Origin: Candidatus Binatia bacterium
Lineage (GTDB): Bacteria; Desulfobacterota; Binatia; DP-6
Assembly: GCA_036009625.1 (NCBI GenBank)
Contig: DASYLJ010000090.1
Location: forward strand, 4,590 to 68,589
Reading direction: 5' to 3'
DNA length: 64,000 nucleotides
The notes under the pieces were generated by a model that saw nothing but the letters and a program-made list of their open reading frames with translations, ran no database searches and was not told where the DNA came from. Positions within the stretch are counted from its first letter, which is position 1; each line of letters opens with the position of its first letter. Made by a program: the position numbers and the translations under genes. Of the stretch, positions 28,053 through 38,568 are shown piece after piece.

Positions 28053-28901
28053 TCACCCAAACAGCGCCCGCAGCACGAGGCGCGCGAAGTCGCCGCGTCT
28101 GAGCGTCGGGCGCTGCGCGAAGACGTCGCCGTCCACGGCGTCGATGCGGTCGAGGATCGCCATGCCGCCGCGGGCGAAGAGGCGCACCTCACGACGCAGG
28201 CGTCCCGTCACCATGGACGCGAGCGGCAGGCCGCGTTCGAAGAGTGCCCGCGCGCGCGCCACCTCGAAGCGCAGCAGCTCGCGGAAACCGGGCGTCACCC
28301 GGCGCGACGCCAGCGCGTCGCGGCTGCCGGCGAAGCGATCGAGATCGTCCTGCGGCAGGTAGACGCGGCCACGGTCGAGATCGCCGGCGACGTCCTGCCA
28401 GCAGTTCGTCAGCTGCAGCGCAGTGCAGATGTCGTCGGAGCGCGCCTGGCGCTCGGTGTCGTGGTGACCGAAGAGGCCGAGGACGATGCGCCCCACCGGA
28501 TTCGCCGAGCAGCGGCAGTAGTCGTAGAGCGCATCGATCGTGGCCATGCCGGCGGTCTCACCGGCAGCGTCGCGACGGAACGCCGTGATCAGATCGCGAA
28601 ACGGCTGCACCGGCAGACGGTGCGCCGTGAGGGTGTGGCTCAGCGCCACGAAGATGGGATCGTCGACCGACGTCGGATCGCCGGCACACGCGAGCAGCTT
28701 CGCCTCGAACTCGTCGAGCCGGTCGAGACGACCGACGTCGCTGCCCTCGTCGGCGAGGTCGTCGCCGGCGCGCGCAAAGGCATAGACGGCGGCGAGGTCG
28801 CGCCGCAGGTGCCGCGGCAGCAGCCACGAGCCGATGGGGAAGTTCTCGTAGTGCGCACGCGCGATGCGCGCGCACTCGGCGTACGCCTGCTCGATCTCCA
28901 C
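28053..28901 (-). CDS. hpnC: squalene/phytoene synthase family protein, HpnC type (hydroxysqualene synthase-like)
   Basis: The GTG at 28901 lies 2 nt after the upstream TGA. AHYENFPIGSWLLP is an HpnC-type N-terminal motif. Both Asp-rich motifs are present (DDLAD, DVAGD). 282 aa. Confidence 0.75.
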   Translation of the reverse strand: MEIEQAYAECARIARAHYENFPIGSWLLPRHLRRDLAAVYAFARAGDDLADEGSDVGRLDRLDEFEAKLLACAGDPTSVDDPIFVALSHTLTAHRLPVQPFRDLITAFRRDAAGETAGMATIDALYDYCRCSANPVGRIVLGLFGHHDTERQARSDDICTALQLTNCWQDVAGDLDRGRVYLPQDDLDRFAGSRDALASRRVTPGFRELLRFEVARARALFERGLPLASMVTGRLRREVRLFARGGMAILDRIDAVDGDVFAQRPTLRRGDFARLVLRALFG

Positions 28902-28903
28902 GC

Positions 28904-29968
28904 TCAGGCCACCCGTCGATGGGTGCCGTCGGCGCCGCACACGAAGTCGCCGGCGAAGCCCTCGGGCGGCGCCGTGCGCCGGCAGAGCGCGTCGTACTCG
29001 GCCGGCGTCACCGCGACGCGCGGCCCCGACGCCACGCCCGCCTCGCTCCCGGCTCGACCCGACACCAGCGCCGTGAACAGCTCGGCGCTCCCACCGCCCG
29101 CGGCGAAGCACCCCACGCGACGACCGGAGAGGATGCGGCCCTCGGCCTCGAGCAGTGCGGCCAATGCCAGGCCGAGTGACGCCGCGCCGGTGTCACCGGC
29201 ATGGCACGCGACGGCGAGCGCCGGATCGACCTGCTCGACGGTGGCCGCCGCGAGCGCTTCGGCGAGGCGCGCTTCGACGTCGGACCAACGCCGCTCGTTC
29301 GCCCGCCAGTCGCGCTCGATCACCCGGCGATGTGCATCGCGCGCGGCGTCCGGGCTCGAGGCGGCATAGACGACGCGGGCCAGGCGGTCCGTCAGCGCTT
29401 CCGTTCCCTCGGGCTCGGGACGCTCCCGCGACCGCCACGCGAGGAACGCACCCTCGAGCGCCGCGGCGTCGGCTGCGCCGGTCCAGGCCACGGCATCGTC
29501 GGCGAAGACGACGGCACGCGGCTCGGTGCCGACGAGCATCGCGACCGCGCCCGCACCCATCGGGCGCGAGCCGTCGACGCGGACGTCGGCAGCGACCACC
29601 AGCGCGCGCCGTGCGCGCATGCCGCCGGCGCGTACCCAGTCGGCCGCCGTCGACAGCGCCGCCGTGCCGGCACACCACGGATGGCGCACGTCGAGCAGGC
29701 GGCAGCGGGCGCCGAGGCCCGTGAGCTCGTGCACGACGGGGCTCACGGGTGCGGCGGCGTTGGTGGCCACCAGCAGCAGGCCGACGTCACCCGGATCGGT
29801 GTCGTCCGCACGCAGCAACCGCGCCGCGGCGGTCGCGGCCATGGTGATGGTGTTCTCGCCCGGCACCGCGAGCGCGACCTCGATGGTGCCACCAGCGGAC
29901 GCCGGGTCGGCGAGCGGCAGGCGATGCGCGGGAACGTAGGCGTGCAGGCGTTCGACGCCAACGCTCAT
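28904..29968 (-). CDS. HMG-CoA synthase-like (thiolase-fold) protein, divergent
   Basis: The ATG at 29968 forms an ATGA overlap with the cyclase stop. It aligns by eye to bacterial MvaS over ALVVAADV....GAGAVAMLVGTEPR and over the Cys region (HPWCAGTAAL). It is shorter (354 aa), and other catalytic positions appear substituted. Confidence 0.55.
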   Translation of the reverse strand: MSVGVERLHAYVPAHRLPLADPASAGGTIEVALAVPGENTITMAATAAARLLRADDTDPGDVGLLLVATNAAAPVSPVVHELTGLGARCRLLDVRHPWCAGTAALSTAADWVRAGGMRARRALVVAADVRVDGSRPMGAGAVAMLVGTEPRAVVFADDAVAWTGAADAAALEGAFLAWRSRERPEPEGTEALTDRLARVVYAASSPDAARDAHRRVIERDWRANERRWSDVEARLAEALAAATVEQVDPALAVACHAGDTGAASLGLALAALLEAEGRILSGRRVGCFAAGGGSAELFTALVSGRAGSEAGVASGPRVAVTPAEYDALCRRTAPPEGFAGDFVCGADGTHRRVA

Positions 29969-31890
29969 GCCATCGTCGTCCGCGCGCGATACTGCCCGAG
30001 GGCCCGCAGCGGGAAGTGCAGCGGATACAGGTGGTAGCGCAGGTAGCTGCGGCGGGGGACACCGGTGCCGGTGTAGGCACGCTCGTTCCACCCGCCGTCG
30101 TCACGCTGCGTGCCGACGAGATGCGCGATGCCGCGCCGCACCGCCTCGCTCTCCGCACCGTCGACTGCCATCAAGGCGAGCAGCGCCCAGGCCGTCTGCG
30201 TCGGCGTGCTGTCGCCTCGACCGATCTGCTCGGCGTCGTCGTACGACGCCGGCGACTCGCCCCAGCCGCCGTCCGCGTTCTGGTGCGCGCAGAGCCACTC
30301 GACGGCGGAGCGTATCCACGGCGACTGCAGATCGGCGTCGGCGTTGGCGAGGCCGGTGAGCGCCAGGCTCGTGCCGTAGAGCGCGTTGACACCCCACCGT
30401 CCGCGCCAGCTGCCGTCGGGCTGCTGCTCGCGACGCAGGAACTCGACCGCGCGGCGCACGCGACCGAACTCGGGCCCGAAGCCGGTGGCGCCCATCAGCC
30501 CGAGCACGCGACCCGTCGAATCGGGGTTCGGTGGATCGGTGAGCCCTTCGAGATCGGGGAACGGCACCGCGTCGAGGAAGCGCGCCGGTCCGTGGTTGTC
30601 GAACGCCGCCCAGCCGCCGTCACGGTGCTGCATGCCGAGGGTCCAGTTGCTGCCGTGCGCGAGCGCACGACGACCCGCCGCCGTCGCCGCCTGCGGCAGT
30701 CGGCCCAGCGCCAGCAGCGTCTCGGCCGAGACGTCGATGTTGGGATACGAATCGTTCGCGAGCTCGACCGCCCAGCCACCGGGATCCAGCTGCGGATTGC
30801 GCACCGACCAGTCGCCGGGACGGAAGATCTGCCGCGACACGAGCCAGTCGCCCGCGCGCACCAGCGCCGGGGTGGCGGGATCGACACCAGCATCAAGCAG
30901 CGCCTGTACCGCCAGCGCCGTGTCCCAGTTGGGCGACGTGCACGGCTGGTGCAGCAGCTCGTCACCCTGCTGCAGCAGCAGATCGTCGATGCCTTGGAGG
31001 CCGCGCACCATGACGGGATGGTCGAGCGCGAAGCCCACGGCGTGCAGGGCGAGCACCGAGTGCACCATCGCCGGCTGGATGCCGCCCCACTGTCCGGTGG
31101 CGTCCTGACGACGCAGGATCCACTCGATGGCGCGTGCCACCGCGCGCCGGCGGAGCGGCTTCCACGGCACGCGCCCGAGCAGCCCGAGCGCACGATCGAG
31201 GCCGAGGAACGCGTTGCGCCAGGTGAGGACGCGACGCGAGCGCGCGAACGACAGGGCGTCGGCGGTGGGCTCGCGTACCCAGAGCTCGGGGACGCCGGCG
31301 CCGAACGGCACGCGCGCCGCCGGGCGATGCACGCCCAACAGCGCGAACGGCACCAACACCGAGCGCGCCCAGCTCGAGAACGCGTAGATGCCGAGCGGCG
31401 ACCATGGCGGCAGCAGCACGACCTCGATCGGCATCGCCGGCACGCCCTGCCACGGGAACTGTCCGAAGCACGCGAGCCAGAAGCGCGCGTAGAGCCCCGC
31501 ACGCGCGAGCCCGCCCTGCGCCAGGATGAAGTCGCGCCCGCGCAGCATGGCGGGATGATCACCGGCCAACCCGGTGAGCTTCAGCGCGAAGTAGACCTCG
31601 ATGCTGGTGGACAGGTGGCCAGGGAGGCCCGTGGCCAGCGACCAGCCACCGTCCTCCTGCTGCAGGCGCAGCAGACGATCGACGAGGCGCGCTTCCAGCT
31701 CGGGGCGCTTTCGTCCGAGCAGGCGGTTCAGGAATATCCACTCGGCCTCGAGGTTGCCCGCAGCTTCGACCGGCGCCTGCCAGTAGCCGCTCGACTGCTG
31801 TTCCGTGAGCAGACGCTCGGTGGCGCGCGCGACCGCACCGGCCACCGCGTCCACGACCCCCACCCCTGCCGTCGGTTGCTGCAACGTCAC
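29965..31890 (-). CDS. squalene-hopene cyclase family (class II triterpene cyclase) protein with a non-canonical active-site motif
   Basis: GTG start at 31890 forms a GTGA overlap with the mvk stop. It can be aligned by eye along its full length to Alicyclobacillus SHC (QW repeats, GGIQP, GRWGVN.LYGT, TPTQTAWALLAL). The DxDD motif position reads NIDVSAE. Confidence 0.8.
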   Translation of the reverse strand: MTLQQPTAGVGVVDAVAGAVARATERLLTEQQSSGYWQAPVEAAGNLEAEWIFLNRLLGRKRPELEARLVDRLLRLQQEDGGWSLATGLPGHLSTSIEVYFALKLTGLAGDHPAMLRGRDFILAQGGLARAGLYARFWLACFGQFPWQGVPAMPIEVVLLPPWSPLGIYAFSSWARSVLVPFALLGVHRPAARVPFGAGVPELWVREPTADALSFARSRRVLTWRNAFLGLDRALGLLGRVPWKPLRRRAVARAIEWILRRQDATGQWGGIQPAMVHSVLALHAVGFALDHPVMVRGLQGIDDLLLQQGDELLHQPCTSPNWDTALAVQALLDAGVDPATPALVRAGDWLVSRQIFRPGDWSVRNPQLDPGGWAVELANDSYPNIDVSAETLLALGRLPQAATAAGRRALAHGSNWTLGMQHRDGGWAAFDNHGPARFLDAVPFPDLEGLTDPPNPDSTGRVLGLMGATGFGPEFGRVRRAVEFLRREQQPDGSWRGRWGVNALYGTSLALTGLANADADLQSPWIRSAVEWLCAHQNADGGWGESPASYDDAEQIGRGDSTPTQTAWALLALMAVDGAESEAVRRGIAHLVGTQRDDGGWNERAYTGTGVPRRSYLRYHLYPLHFPLRALGQYRARTTMA

Positions 31891-32806
31891 GACCTCTCCT
31901 CCGTGCCACTTCCGACCCTGACGATCAACGTCTCCACGCCGCCGCGCCGCAGCATGGCGGCGACGGTCTCCGGGTCGTCGGCGAGGGCGATGACCGCGCC
32001 GCCGGCCCCGCCGCCGGTGAGCTTCGCCCCGAGCGCACCGGCGCTGCGCGCGGCGGCAACGAGCGCGTCGGTCGACGGCGACGACACGCCGAGCGCGGCG
32101 AGCAGCGTCTGGTTGTCGTCGAAGGCGCGCCCGAGCGCCGCGAGATCACCCACAGCGGCCGCGGCGGCGCCACGCTCGACCACGGCCGTGACGTCGTCGA
32201 AGAGCGCCTCGTGGCGCGCACGATCGTGCTCCCAGCGCTCGCGCAGACCACCCACCGCGGCGCCGGTGCTGCGCGCCTGCGAACCGAACGCCACCACCAA
32301 CGGCAGCGCACGCGCGGTGCGCAGCGGCGTCACCACGGGCGGGTCACCGCGCACGAACCGGAAGCAGGTGCCGAGCGCCGCCGCCGCCGGATCGATACCC
32401 GACGGCGTGCCGTGGAAGATGGCCTCGAGCCGCCGCCCGACGGCGAGCTCCTCGGCGGTGTCGAGCGTGCGCCCCGCGGCGGCGGAGAGTGCGCGCAACG
32501 TCGCCACCGCGAGCGCTGCCGAGCTCCCGAGCCCGCGTCCCGCCGGCAGCTCCGAGCGCACCCGCACGACGACACGCGATGGGTCGAGGCCGACGATCGC
32601 CGCCGCCTCGGCGACGAGTCGCGCCGGCCGCGCATCGTCCGGCGGGAGGGGATGATCGCTCACGAGGGCCGGGCCGGCACCGTCCTCGACGACGGCCTCG
32701 AGCCCGATCGGCAGACCGGCGGCGATGGCCGGTCGGCCGTAGACGACGACGTGCTCTCCGAGGAGGATGATCTTCCCGCCGGCGTGACCGCGCGCGGGAC
32801 GACGCA

Positions 32807-32807
<1 letters not shown>
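31887..32807 (-). CDS. mvk: mevalonate kinase
   Basis: The ATG at 32807 overlaps the HMGR TGA by 1 nt. GKIILLGEHVVVYG and the GHMP ATP motif PAGRGLGSSAA are present. Confidence 0.8.
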
Positions 32808-34079
<1,272 letters not shown>

Positions 34080-34087
<8 letters not shown>

Positions 34088-35153
34088 GCGCCTCCTCCAA
34101 GAATGACCCGGGCGTGATCCAATCGCGCAGCCGGCGCCCCAGCACAAGGGGAGCGCGTGACAAAGCCTGTACGTCGCGCGAGCCGGTGAGTACCATCGCC
34201 GTCCGCAGCTCGTCCACGAGCTGCTCGACGTAGCGGCTGGCGCCGTCGACGCCCCCGGCCTTCAGGGCCCGGAAGACGGGGAGTGCGACACCGGCCACCC
34301 GGGCCCCGAGGGCCAGCGCCTTGGCGACGTCGAGCCCGCTGCGGATGCCGCCGCTGGCCATGCAGTCGAACCCGAGGCCGCGGAGGCCGAGGAGCGCCGC
34401 CGCGGTCGGAATCCCCCACTCGGCGAAGGTGTCGCCGAGCGCGCGTTGCGCCTCGTCGGCCCGCAACGCCTCGACCCGCACCCAGGACGTGCCGCCCGCA
34501 CCCGAGACGTCGACGGTGTGCACGCCGGCGGCGCGCAGCCGCTCGCCGACCGCGCGCGACACGCCGCAGCCGGTCTCCTTCGCCACCACCGGCACCGGCA
34601 GCTCGCGCACGAGGCGGCGGAAGGTGTCGAGGCCGCCACGGAAGTCGCGGTCGCCGCCGGGCTGCACCAACTCCTGGGCGGCATTCATGTGGACGCAGAG
34701 GGCATCGGCACCGACGGCCCGCACCAGCGCCACGATGTCGGCCGACGGCATCGACGCGGCCTGCACGACGCCGAGGTTGGCGAGCACGAGCGTGGTGGGC
34801 GCGTGGGTGCGCACCTCGAACGTGTAGCCGAGGCCGGGCTCGCGGTGCATCGCGCGCTGCGAGCCGAGGCCGAACGCGATGCCGTGCGCCTCGGCCACCT
34901 GCGCCAGCGACTGGTTGATGTCGGCGGCCTCGTCGGTGCCACCCGTCATGCCGGTGATGACGAGCGGCGCGCGCAGGCGCTTCCCGAGCAGCGTCGTCGC
35001 GACGTCGACCTCGTCCACCGCCAGCTCGGGGAGGGCGTCATGCACCAGCTCGACCTCTTCGAGCAGCGTGGTCTTGCCGGTGTACTCGACGGGGCCGGTC
35101 GCACAGTGGTCGAGGTGGGAGCGCTTGCGCTCGCTGATGGTGCCCTCAGCCAA
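34080..35153 (-). CDS. fni: type 2 isopentenyl-diphosphate delta-isomerase (FMN-dependent)
   Basis: RKRSHLD...PLVITGMTGG...ETGCG...SGAGGTSW...ASGGIRSGLDVAKALALGA. Confidence 0.85.
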
Positions 35154-36096
35154 CGGTCACACCCTCGTCGGCGATCACCACGTCGAGCGGCACGATGCCG
35201 ACCTCTTCCCAGGCGGCGCGGACCGCGGCGGCCTGCGTCGTCGACGTCGCCAGCGCGATGCCGCAGTCGCCCGCACCCGCACCCGACGGCTTCGCCGCCG
35301 CACCGACGCGATTCGCCGCGCGTACGAGCGTCGACAGCGCGGGCGTGACGATGGGCAGGTCGAGCTCGGTGCCGAATCGCGCCAGCAACGCCGCCGAACG
35401 ATCGACGGCATCGAGCAGCGTCGCGGCGTCGCCGCGCGCCACCGCCTCGGCCGCACGCACCGCGACCGCGAACAGCTCGGCGAACGACGCCGGCGCCGTG
35501 ACGGTCGCGAAGCGCGTCAGCAACGGCGTCGTGTGCGCGGACGTGCCCGTCCAGCCGGCGAGCAGGTGGAGCCCGACGGGCAGCGTGCGGCGCTCGACCG
35601 CGAGCGCCGGCTCGGCGCGACGCGCCTCGACGACGCCGCCGTACACCGCGGCCGCGATGTCGGCACCGCTGCCCTGCCCGGCCTGGAAGAGCGCATTCGC
35701 CGCCAACGCCGCGTCGAGGATGGCGCGCGCCGCCGCCGCTGGCTGCAGGGCCGCGGTCGCCGCCACGAGCGTGGCGGCGCTCCGACCGAGCCCGAGCTTG
35801 CGATCGCCGACGAGAAAGGAACGCGAGTCGACGACGACGTGCAGCGGCGTACGGATGCCGAGCGTGCGCGCGACGGCGAGCACGGTGCCGGCGTCGCCGA
35901 GCGGCAGCGGCGCATCGACGTCGAGCCGCGTGGTCCGTCCTTCGGCGAGCGACTCGACGACCACGCCGCGATCGCCGGCGTCCACGGTCACCACGGCGTG
36001 CCGATCGACGGCGGCGACCAGCGCCGGCGCGCCACGCAGCACCGCCCACTCGCCGGTGATGAAGAGCTTGCCGGGCGCGTGCGCGGTGACGCTCAC
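35146..36096 (-). CDS. phosphomevalonate kinase (GHMP, ERG8 type)
   Basis: The GTG at 36096 forms a GTGA overlap with the decarboxylase stop. APGKLFITGEWAVLRG and GHMP motif KLGLGRSAA. Confidence 0.7.
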   Translation of the reverse strand: MSVTAHAPGKLFITGEWAVLRGAPALVAAVDRHAVVTVDAGDRGVVVESLAEGRTTRLDVDAPLPLGDAGTVLAVARTLGIRTPLHVVVDSRSFLVGDRKLGLGRSAATLVAATAALQPAAAARAILDAALAANALFQAGQGSGADIAAAVYGGVVEARRAEPALAVERRTLPVGLHLLAGWTGTSAHTTPLLTRFATVTAPASFAELFAVAVRAAEAVARGDAATLLDAVDRSAALLARFGTELDLPIVTPALSTLVRAANRVGAAAKPSGAGAGDCGIALATSTTQAAAVRAAWEEVGIVPLDVVIADEGVTVG

Positions 36097-37130
36097 GCCA
36101 CCACCTCGGCGCCGATCCCGGGCGCACAGGTGATGACCCGCACGACGCCCGGCACGGCACCGAGCGCCTCCGCGACGCGGGGCGCATCGTTGGCCGTGCA
36201 CAGCGCCTTCACCTGCGGACCGGCGTCGATGGTGATCCAAGCGGGGACGCCATCGGCGCGCAGCGCCCACACGCGATGGATGCAGTCGACGGTGGCACCG
36301 CGCCAGTAGAGCAGCGGCGGTCGCGCGGCGAGCCCGATGGCGTGCATCTTGAGCGCGCTGTGCTCGGCGAGCTGACCGAGCGCCTCGAGGTCACGGGCGC
36401 GGATGGCGGCGCGCGCCTCGGCGAGATCGGCCTCGGCGCCCGCCACCCATGCAGGATAGAGCGGTGACGCGGCCGCGCGCGCCATGCCGTCGCGCGACGA
36501 CACGCTCTTCGGCGCCGTGGTGGTGACGGCGACCACCACGCGCACGTCGCTCCACGCGGTGGCATCGAGCAGTGGCTCGGCAATGGAATCGGCGCCGTCG
36601 GCGCGCTCGCCGCGATGCCACTCGACGAAGCCGCCGAAGATGCTGCGCGCCGCGGAGCCGGAGCCGCGTCGTGCCAGCGCCGACAGTGCCGGCGGATCGA
36701 GATGGAGACCCGCCGCCTGCGAGCCCGCCACCGCCAGCGCCGCGAACGCCGCCGCCGACGACGCCAGGCCGACGCCGCGCGGGACGTGGCTGCGCGTCAC
36801 CACCGACACCGGCTCGCGCCGTCCGGACTCCTGGCGCAGTAGATCGACGAAGCGCGCCAGCCGGGTCCGCTCCTCGCCGGCGGCCGGGGCCTCGTCGATC
36901 TCGAAGCGGTCCTCGTCGGTGGCGGCGAAGGCCACGCGGGCATCGATGGAGAGGCCGTCGAGGGTGATCGAGATGCTGCCGGTGGCGGGAAGGTTCAGCT
37001 CGGGATCGCGTTTGCCCCAGTACTTGACCAGGGCGACGTTCACGTTGCTGCGGGCAGTGGCCTCGGACCTGGTCATCGCGACGGCGCCGGTTCTAACCTT
37101 TTCGGTCGGCCGACGCACGGCCCCCATCAT
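36093..37130 (-). CDS. mvaD: diphosphomevalonate decarboxylase
   Basis: NVALVKYWGKRD...GLASSAAAFAAL. The start is either the ATG at 37130 (ATGA overlap with the upstream gene) or the ATG at 37076 (MTRSEATARSNVNVALVKYWGK). Confidence 0.8.
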   Translation of the reverse strand: MMGAVRRPTEKVRTGAVAMTRSEATARSNVNVALVKYWGKRDPELNLPATGSISITLDGLSIDARVAFAATDEDRFEIDEAPAAGEERTRLARFVDLLRQESGRREPVSVVTRSHVPRGVGLASSAAAFAALAVAGSQAAGLHLDPPALSALARRGSGSAARSIFGGFVEWHRGERADGADSIAEPLLDATAWSDVRVVVAVTTTAPKSVSSRDGMARAAASPLYPAWVAGAEADLAEARAAIRARDLEALGQLAEHSALKMHAIGLAARPPLLYWRGATVDCIHRVWALRADGVPAWITIDAGPQVKALCTANDAPRVAEALGAVPGVVRVITCAPGIGAEVVA

Positions 37131-37669
37131 CGACGTTCGGTCGCGACCTGGGCGGCGCCGAGGGCAGCGAAGAGGCTGCTCTCACGCTGATAGAAGCCCT
37201 GCGTGTGCGGCGAATCGCGCAGCCGCAGGTAGGTGTAGTCGAGGTGGTGGCAGAGCTCGTGCAGGAGGGTGCGGAGGAAGGTGCGGTACGCCACCACCTG
37301 CCCCTTCTTCGCCGTCAGCATCCAGAGGGTGATCTGGTCGAGGCCGCCGCGATTCCCAGGAACGTACAGCCCGTGCAGCTCGCTGCGGGAATCGTGGGGC
37401 CGGCGTTCCTGCACGATCACGCGCAGCTTCGACACCCCCAAGCCGATGCAGACACCGTCGGCGATGCGCTGGGACACCGCCTGGACGTCGGCGGCGCGTG
37501 CCGATGCCAACGCATCGGCGAGGCACGCGACGGCGGCCTGCAGCGCCGGATGCGGATGCAACGGCAGGGCAGAATACTGATCGCTCTTCGCCGCCACCTT
37601 GAGCGTCGCTGGGGACCAGCGCCGATAGTAGGTGGGACGTGGCCGCGGCTGCGACGGAACGGCGGGCAT
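37127..37669 (-). CDS. putative HExxH zinc metallopeptidase (SprT / YgjP-like)
   Basis: LLHELCHHLDY motif near the C-terminus. The likely start is the ATG at 37669, although the ORF is open to 37816. Its stop overlaps the mvaD start. Confidence 0.45.
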   Translation of the reverse strand: MPAVPSQPRPRPTYYRRWSPATLKVAAKSDQYSALPLHPHPALQAAVACLADALASARAADVQAVSQRIADGVCIGLGVSKLRVIVQERRPHDSRSELHGLYVPGNRGGLDQITLWMLTAKKGQVVAYRTFLRTLLHELCHHLDYTYLRLRDSPHTQGFYQRESSLFAALGAAQVATERR

Positions 37670-37746
37670 GCGCGCGCGCACCCTAGCGCACGGCTCCGAC
37701 GCGGCCAACTGGACGACCCCTCGTCGAGACGATAATTCCCCTGCCC

Positions 37747-38511
37747 GTGCAGGCCCGCCTCGGTGCGCTCGTCGGTGCGCTGACGCGATCGCTGGCCGCG
37801 GCCAGCCCGGCGCCACGCGGGCTGCCCGGCTACGGGCTCGAGCATGCGAGCGGCACCGCGCGCGAGCTGCTCGGCCGCCTCAGCGCACACGGCATCTTCC
37901 GCAAGTACGAGCTCGTGCTCGATCTCGGCAGCGACCTCGGTGCCACCGGGCGCTGGTTGGCGACGCGGCTCGGCTGCACCGTCGTCGCCACCGCGGACGA
38001 CGCCGGCGCCGCGCGCGAGGGACGGGGCCTCACCCGCCGCGCCGGCCTGACGGCGCAGGTGTTCCACGTCCCCGCATCGCCGACGGCCCTCCCCGTCCGC
38101 GACGCGCGCTTCACGCACGTATGGGCAGTCGAGTCCTTGCCACGCCTTCCCGATACGGCGCTCGCCGACGCCTTCCGCGCGCTGCGTCCGGGCGGCCACC
38201 TGGCGCTGCAGGATCTGGTCGGCACCAGCGCCGATGTCCCCGTCGTTCCCGGCTGGCGATTCACCACACGCGCCGCCCGCATCGCCGACATCGAGGCCGT
38301 GGGCTTCGTCGAGGTCGCCGCGGACGACGTCACGCATGCGTCGGTCGAGCGCTCCGCCCCCGTCCTGGCGGCACGGCAGCAGCTGCTTCATCGGCTCCGC
38401 GCGGCCGGCGACTCCGCGCTGTCGCGCGAGGCCGACGTCCGCGACGCGCTGTCTGCTGCCCTGGCCGACGGTCGTCTCGGCGTGGTGCAGCTCGTCGCAC
38501 GCCGCCCCTGA
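37747..38511 (+). CDS. class I SAM-dependent methyltransferase
   Basis: GTG start. Motif I-like VLDLGSDLGATG and post-I/II regions (ALRPGGHLAL). Divergent from the mevalonate operon. Confidence 0.6.
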   Translation: MQARLGALVGALTRSLAAASPAPRGLPGYGLEHASGTARELLGRLSAHGIFRKYELVLDLGSDLGATGRWLATRLGCTVVATADDAGAAREGRGLTRRAGLTAQVFHVPASPTALPVRDARFTHVWAVESLPRLPDTALADAFRALRPGGHLALQDLVGTSADVPVVPGWRFTTRAARIADIEAVGFVEVAADDVTHASVERSAPVLAARQQLLHRLRAAGDSALSREADVRDALSAALADGRLGVVQLVARRP

Positions 38512-38568
38512 CCTCAAGAAATCGCCGCATCGTGCCGACCCTGTGGGGTGGATGCGTATGGGGGGGTC

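Noticed and set aside
36093-37130. The N-terminal 18 codons of mvaD (MMGAVRRPTEKVRTGAVA) as a possible separate leader peptide or a misannotated start.
   Set aside because: The sequence alone cannot decide this. The ATG at 37130 gives an ATGA coupling like the other operon junctions. The ATG at 37076 gives a more typical MVD N-terminus. I reported both options under the feature rather than as a finding.
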